64,000 nt of DNA. Origin: Eledone cirrhosa (lineage: Eukaryota). The stretch is from positions 22,568,001 to 22,632,000 of the forward strand of contig OZ024761.1 in NCBI GenBank assembly GCA_964016885.1, read 5' to 3'. The notes under the pieces are model-generated. The model did not search any database. It was not told the origin of the DNA and saw only the letters and a list, made by a program, of their open reading frames with translations. The stretch's first letter is position 1. Every line of letters starts with the position of its first letter. The position numbers were made by a program, and so were the translations under genes. Positions 56,505 to 64,000 of the stretch are shown here, piece by piece.

Positions 56505-56627
56505 TGATCTACAGGTCCGCGGGTAGGGAGTAGGTCACGTGATGGTGGTGTCGGGAGCAATAGTCGACGGCGGGGGAGTGTCAGGTGCTCGTTTTTTTTT
56601 TTTTTTTTTGCTTTTGTTTTCTTCCAG
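56505..56627 (+). promoter_or_regulatory. CpG-rich promoter or 5' region with GTCACGTGA E-box (USF/TFE-type)
   Basis: GTCACGTGA at 56534-56542 and clustered CpGs in a CpG-poor window, directly upstream of the Kozak ATG exon. Confidence 0.45.
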
Positions 56628-56655
56628 TTATGACAACATCACATGATCTACTGCC

Positions 56656-56724
56656 ATGGCGGACCGCGATCAGCACACAGTCCCTCTGGACAATGCTATC
56701 TACCATGGTATAAGCCCTCGCAAG
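56656..56724 (+). CDS. Probable first coding exon of an unidentified gene (MADRDQHTVPLDNAIYHGISPRK)
   Basis: Strong Kozak GCCATGG, 23 open codons, consensus donor AAG|GTAAGC at 56725, locally CpG-rich. No further exon recognised in the window. Confidence 0.55.
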
Positions 56725-58659
56725 GTAAGCATGATCGTTGCTTTTAACCCTTAATGTTGTTAGACGTAGAGGAAAAGCACCAACCTTCGTCTCTCTAATG
56801 ATGTCGGCATACGTTCAATTATATCCAGTTCAACTGTTCAGGTTTCTCTGTCTGGGTGTATATAACCCTCCTACTGAGAAAACTAGGGAGTGTCTGTATT
56901 TAACACACTACACATGTCTTCGTGAGAAATTTAGTAGTAAAAGTTGTTTTTTTTTAATTTTCAGTGTAATTAACTCAAGTGTTTCGTTAGAATTTAGAAG
57001 ATGAAATTAATGTTTATCCTATGATTTTAAAAATATGTTTTGAACGAATATTGCTCTTGTAATCGTCGCAGTATTTAGTTTTCTGTGGTTCACCTCGTAA
57101 CGATAACTCCCTAATATCCGTCTCCGAAACCGGTATAATAAGAAATATTACCCCTAGCTTATTAGTTCCTTAAAAGTGTGAACAGACGTAATATTATGTC
57201 TAATTTGGCCTCTCTCTCTCTTTGTATGTGTGTGTGTTTGTATGTTAACCCAACCTCCCCAGAAATTTAGTTTCTGGGATGTGACTAACCGACCGAGATA
57301 GATCTATTAGTGTGGTACCGCCCCAAACAAACTTCTTGTTTCACTAATCAACACTAATCTTGTCCTTAGTCTTAACTGCGATCTTGTTACAGCTCTCTGT
57401 TAATTGTAAGAAACGACTAACTTATACCGGATGTTCGTCTCGTTTACCTTTCTTTGACTACTATTGAGATATAGCTATGCTTTCAATTGGTGGGGTATAT
57501 CTGGGGTATTGTGGGCAATCTGAGCTAGTAGGGTGCCTTCTGGGGTACTAGGGGGTTATTGATTTCAGTTGGTGGGGTACGACTTTAACTAGTGCGTAAT
57601 TTGGGGTAGTACTCTGTGATTTAAGAGAGATTTGCTTGCTATTTCTCGCATAGTTTATTGGTGGGATATAGTCAACAAGATATACATATACACCCACACA
57701 TTCAATGGTTGGGGTTTGGGACTCACGACTATGATGTCGTCGGTTCGATTCTCAGTCCAGGATCATGTATTGCGTCCTTCATTAAAATATTTCTTTTCAT
57801 TTATCGTCAGTTCAATGTTTTACTTCTACTTCCGACTTATTGTGTGGTGTAGGACATATTTACCAAATTAACACCACAACCAATACCAATACCACTACCA
57901 CCACAATCAACACAATACCACATCACCACAATCAATAACACCACCACCACCACCTGCGACAAGCTAACGTCCCATATACATAATCCTGCAGACACAAACA
58001 CACGCGTACACACAGCCATAAAAACACCTGTGCATACACACACACCCACAAGCACATATACACTTACACACCTGCATACACACTCATATACCCTTATACA
58101 CTCACACACCTCCTGTTTTCTATCAGTTATATCGTAGTTTTTAATGTTGTTTACAATTATTTTTGGGTTTATTTTTAGTAACATATCGATTGTGAAGTTA
58201 GTCTCCGAGTTTCCGAATCGATTAGAAATAAACTATATAGTGTGTCTGGTATATTAGAAATAAGGCTGTCTTTATATATATATATATATATATAGAAAGA
58301 GTAGCGAGTACGATGAAATACTCATGTTGGTACCAATCAAGCACTCTACGCAATAAATATTTTTCATATATATATATATATGGAAGCACATGGCTTGCAA
58401 TAGAAAGGTTGTGAGTTCAATTCTCAGACCGGGTGATGTGCTGTTTCCTTGAGCAAGACACTTTATTTCACATTGCTCCAGTTTACTCAGCTGTAGAAAA
58501 TATTGTTTTTTTTAATGTTTTTTATCTGATTGCATGGTTTGCTCTCTCTGAATAGTTATTTAAATATACACCTTACCTCTAGCGATGCTCAGATAGAGCT
58601 TTTCAAGTCTGAGACTTGAACTCCTTGGCACATTAACGACAACTATGGATCTCCCTAGC

Positions 58660-58975
58660 CTCAGGTCTTGTATCAGGTGACCTGTGAAACTTCACATGCC
58701 ACTTCAGTCCTGCTACAGATCAACACTCTTTGCCACATTCATTACATCTTGCAATACCGTGGAGATCATAGTTCACTGGTTCTCTCTGAACATGGCTGCC
58801 ACTGTGGCTCCTGAGACCAGATTTGCTCGAGTACACCTTTCCACACCAATTCAATGTAGACACTGATCGTTTCATGAAGTACACCTGGGCATAACTTACA
58901 CACATCTCGTGCTCTATGTGTCTGAACAGAGTTTCCCCTCTTAGAAAGATGTTCTGGCAACTGGGGGCCTTTCAC
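58660..58975 (-). mobile_element. Degenerate C2H2 zinc-finger remnant, probably a LINE C-terminus
   Basis: CGKVYSSKSGLRSH..SH and CNECGKEC*...GLKWHVKFH, with stops and frameshifts. Confidence 0.5.
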
Positions 58976-59015
58976 TCCCAGGTAAAAAGAAAAATACTAT
59001 TTGGATGGCATATAT

Positions 59016-59054
<39 letters not shown>

Positions 59055-59481
59055 CACCTCAATTTTACTTCAGAATCTTAAAAACCCCCAACCAAATCCC
59101 TTATTCCAATATTCTAAGATTCTTTTATTTTAATATTTCAGACTTTCCTTGTGAGATGTTTCAATGGTCTTGTTGGTTTCAGTGTTATTGTAAGTCTTCT
59201 TCTTCTTCTTCTTCTTATGGACTACAATGTGGTTGAGAGGAGAGCTAGAAATAGCAGCAGCAGGTTTTTGTGTATTAATTGTGTTTTTTGTTTAATTAAT
59301 TGTAGGTTTCCTTCCTGATATGTTTAATAAGAGGACGTGTTACAGAGAACTCAGCACCGGACTACCTACTGGCATGTAATTTAGTTAGTAAGTATATGTG
59401 TAGATATATATATATATTTGTGTGTGTGTGTATATATATATATGTACATGGGGCTTTGTGGGGCTGAGTATGAGGTGTGTG

Positions 59482-59696
59482 TTCACAAACACACACATAT
59501 ATATATATATTCACAAACACATATATATTCACAAACACATATATATATATATATTCACAAACACACATATATATATATATTCACAAACACACATATATAT
59601 ATTCACAAACACACATATATATATTCACAAACACACATATATATATTCACAAACACACATATATATATTCACAAACACACATATATATATTCACAA

Positions 59697-59728
<32 letters not shown>

Positions 59729-59734
59729 TCACAA

Positions 59735-59766
<32 letters not shown>

Positions 59767-59772
59767 TCACAA

Positions 59773-59804
<32 letters not shown>

Positions 59805-60576
59805 TCACAAACACACATATATATATATATATATTCACAAACACACATATATATATATATATATATATTCACAAACACATATATATATATATATATATTC
59901 AGAAACACATATATATATATATATATTCACAAACACACATATATATATATATATATTCACAAACACACACACATATATATATATATATATTCACAAACAC
60001 ACACACATATATATATATATATATTCACAAACACACACACATATATATATATATATATTCACAAACACACACACATATATATATATATATATTCACAAAC
60101 ACACACACATATATATATATATATATTCACAAACACACACACATATATATATATATATATTCACAAACACACACATATATATATATATATATTCACAAAC
60201 ACACATATATATATATATTCACAAACACATATATATATATATATATATTCACAAACACATATATATATATATATTCACAAACACATATATATATATATAT
60301 ATATTCACAAACACACATATATATATATATATATATTCACAAACACATATATATATATATATATATTCACAAACACACATATATATATATATATTCACAA
60401 ACACACATATATATATTCACAAACACACATATATATATATATATTCACAAACACACATATATATATATATATTCACAAACACACATATATATATATATAT
60501 TCACAAACACACATATATATATATATATATATATATTCACAAACACACATATATATATATATATATATATTCACAA

Positions 60577-60613
<37 letters not shown>

Positions 60614-60616
60614 CAA

Positions 60617-60653
<37 letters not shown>

Positions 60654-60656
60654 CAA

Positions 60657-60695
<39 letters not shown>

Positions 60696-60732
60696 CAAAC
60701 ACACATATATATATATATATATATATTCACAA

Positions 60733-60764
<32 letters not shown>

Positions 60765-60770
60765 TCACAA

Positions 60771-60802
<32 letters not shown>

Positions 60803-60808
60803 TCACAA

Positions 60809-60845
<37 letters not shown>

Positions 60846-61320
60846 CAAACACACATATATATATATATATTCACAAACACACATATATATATATATATAT
60901 TCACAAACACACATATATATATATATATATATTCACAAACACACATATATATATATATATATATATTCACAAACACACATATATATATATATATATATTC
61001 ACAAACACACATATATATATATATATATATTCACAAACACACATATATATATATATTCACAAACACACATATATATATATATATATATTCACAAACACAC
61101 ATATATATATATATATATTCACAAACACACATATATATATATATATATATTCACAAACACACATATATATATATATATATTCACAAACACACATATATAT
61201 ATATATATATATTCACAAACACATATATATATATATATATATTCACAAACACACATATATATATATATTCATTCACAAACACACATATATATATATATTC
61301 ACAAACACACATATATATAT
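59482..61320. repeat. Compound minisatellite TTCACAAACACAC(AT)n
   Basis: 1.8-kb array; the source of the spurious 600+ aa ORFs. Confidence 0.95.
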
Positions 61321-61529
61321 ACACAAATAGACATGTATACACAGACATACATATATATACACACAGAGACATACATATACACACACAAACACATATAGAA
61401 TCATTCACAAGCCTTTCATTGTTTTTCAGTGAGCAGCCTAGTGGCCTGTGCCGTGGTAAGTAAACACATCTGCTCAGATTCCTCCTTTATAGATATGACA
61501 TAGTATGCTTTCTTTTCCAGGTAGTTGTC

Positions 61530-62620
61530 CACTTGCATGTTTTTAGGAAGATTGCTGTGAAACCTTCAAAGCCAGCTGCCGAGTTTGGTCTTATTTCGTC
61601 TATGACTGATATTACATCTTTCACCTTTATATATATAGAGTTGATGGTTGCTATTTCTCTGTGTAATGTAGTTGTGTTAAAGAACTCATCTGGCTTATTT
61701 ATTCGTATGTCACTCATTGGAAGTGTGAAAACACTTTCGTATTGTTCATTCAGTGCCTCACTTATCTCGAGGAGGTCTGTGATCAGTGAGCCACCTTTAT
61801 AGACCAGTGGTTCTATCCCATGGAGTGCCAAGGCGGTCTCTTTTGCAAATTTAAAGAAAGCCTTAAGGTTCGTCTTTGTTTTCTATAGCCCTAGCTTCTC
61901 TTTCTACCCTCTCCTTTTCATGGGAGAGTTTGAGTTCATTATCAGTTTGTGACAGTTCCTGCTTCACATCAGATTCAGTCTTGTTCCTTACTTGTGTATG
62001 TAGCCAGCTTGAGATCTTTGGCCTTATAAGGATTCCCCTGTCTCTGGTAATTATATTCTTGTGTCTGTTGATCTTTCTTTTCAGGGAAAACTTGGAGCAT
62101 ATGATTTGTATAATTTCCTAGCTTCCCCATGCCAACAGGTCCCTTTTTTGTAGAACTTACAGAGTACTTGGGCTTTATTTTCCCCAGGGTCTTCTTCACC
62201 TTATCATTTATCCAGTCATCTCCTGTCTGTTTATTTGCATGTTCCTTCTTATTGGAGCCCGTCCGGTGTTTCTTTAGTTTACCTTTGCTGCAGCGTTTCA
62301 ATGTCCGCAGTGCAGGGCATCTCCCTCTGTGGCTTTCAGAACCTTCCATCGGTTCTTTGTATCTCGTATTTTTTTTCCTTTTGGTGGTCTTTTATCTCCT
62401 CTGTGAAAATATGACTCAGCTGATCCCTATGTGGTACAAGTGAGTAGGCAAGAAAGAATTCATTCTTTTTCTGACGTATGTATGCCAAAGTTCTCAGCCA
62501 CAGCTCAGCAGGGTCTCCTTAATTGTTTGAAAGAGAGCCATTAGCTGGACTCCATGCACTGAGCATCAGTTCAAGTTCCATTAGTTTCAGTGAATTCGGT
62601 TCCCATCTACCTGAGCATTT
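61530..62620 (-). mobile_element. Degenerate CR1/L2-group LINE ORF2 fragment
   Basis: ISEALNEQYESVFT...DVISVIDEIRPNSAAGFEGFTAIFLKTC, matching the endonuclease-RT linker. Broken frames. Confidence 0.7.
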
Positions 62621-64000
62621 GTATGTGTATTGTCTTCAATATTTCAATTTAACTATATTATCAAACAATAAAATTAATATAAAATGAAACAAAGAAAATT
62701 CTATCTGAAAGTAAAAAAAAAACACGAAACGAAAGCAATTTCTGTCTGCAGCCCTCACATATCCTCTGCAGTTGCTGCCCAAGTCTCACTACCATGCAGT
62801 TGCTGCCCAAGTCTCACTACCATGCAGCAGAGAGAAACTTCTGCCATCCTGTTCTTATTCTAGATACTATGACCTCGGAGCATCCTCCTCCCTTGCTAAT
62901 TTGATCAGCTAGATATCGGAAGCTATCAACCACCTCTATAGATCCTACCTGCATTTGAAAAATGCATCATTTATATATATACATACATACATAACTAGAT
63001 TCAAACGACAGACCAATAAAAAAAGAAAAAGTAAAAAATGATTAAAAAAAAAAAAAAACAATCTCAGACTTTTTCCCCAATTTATTTTTGATCTTAAAAG
63101 TTTTTAACAATATTTGAAAAGAAAAAAAATCCAAAATAAATCCTAAATAACAATTTGTTGTTGTTGTTATCTAAAACTTGTGTCCATTGTAGTAGTAGTA
63201 ATAATAATAATAATAATAATAATTCTTTATACAATGTATTACTTCCTTTTTTTTTTTTTTTTGGGGCTTATTCTGTTTGGAAAACCTTGAAATACAGGCT
63301 TGGTGGTACCGAAGTGGAGATTTGGTAAGAATGGTCAATATTTCTTTTAATTTCTAGTTTTTTTGGAATATTTTTTTTAAAAATTCATTTCAAGTTTCAT
63401 TTTTACTTTTATATTGAGAGAGGGGTGGGGGTCCTTTTCCTTTTGCAAAGAGAAATATATAAAATGAAAGAAGGTGTCGTTGCTGGTGGGGGGTGGGGGC
63501 TGCCAGTTATTTCGTTGATATTCTATAGAAATATATTTTTTTAATTTATACTGTAGTATGGACTTGTCCTTGTACAGTCCTATATAATGTGTATGTATGT
63601 ATATCATTATATATATACACACACACACACAAACTATGTTATTCATGTAGAGCATTGTTACAATGTATGTATGTATGTATGTATGTATGTGTGTGTGTAT
63701 AAATACACAGTTTATAATTTTGGTGAATTATAAAAAATCTTGTGAAAGGGGTAGGGAGAGGGAAAATAATAAAATAAAACTCAGAAAAATGTATTTTTGG
63801 TTCTCCTCTCCACCATGACACTTGTAGTTGATTATACCAACTTCCACATTTAATTTTAGCTATAAACACAATACACACACATTGGACCTCCACCAGTTCT
63901 ATCGCCAAGTGTTCTAGTTGTTTGAGTAACAAAACAGCTCATTATTGAGTGGCTGAGCATTCCACAGAAGGCATGTATGTCCATCATCCTTTAAAAAAAT

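Noticed and set aside
58660-58975. Host C2H2 zinc-finger gene
   Set aside because: Stops and frameshifts, no TGEKP linkers, antisense in a probable intron; more likely retroelement debris.
59418-61463. 600-680 aa ORFs and the many other Y/I/H/T/C/V-rich ORFs
   Set aside because: Translations of (TA)n/(CA)n microsatellites and minisatellites that lack stop codons by composition.

Overview
AT-rich, microsatellite-dense animal genomic DNA. The repeat landscape suggests a coleoid cephalopod such as Octopus, but that is inference. The + strand carries the last four coding exons of a numb gene (21785-21974, 26279-26500, 28659-28910, 31475-32238) with phase-compatible GT/AG junctions; the upstream PTB exons lie outside the window. 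A probable first coding exon of an unidentified gene sits at 56656-56724 behind a CpG-rich, E-box-containing segment. The rest is transposon debris (two tRNA-SINE families, RTE/CR1/CRE-like LINE pieces, Merlin, Tc1/mariner, hAT, piggyBac-like MITEs, Helitron) and satellites. Most long ORFs in the track are microsatellite artefacts. Three observations stand out. (1) About ten unrelated families of short elements, embedded in (TA)n and often inverted-duplicated, carry minimal type I hammerhead ribozyme cores as in Penelope-like elements, several in sense orientation inside numb introns. (2) A ~2.5-kb palindrome of palindromes at 45250-47790 has tRNA-like outer arms and eight ETS-type motifs. (3) Two in-frame 33-nt microexon candidates lie in the long numb PTB intron.
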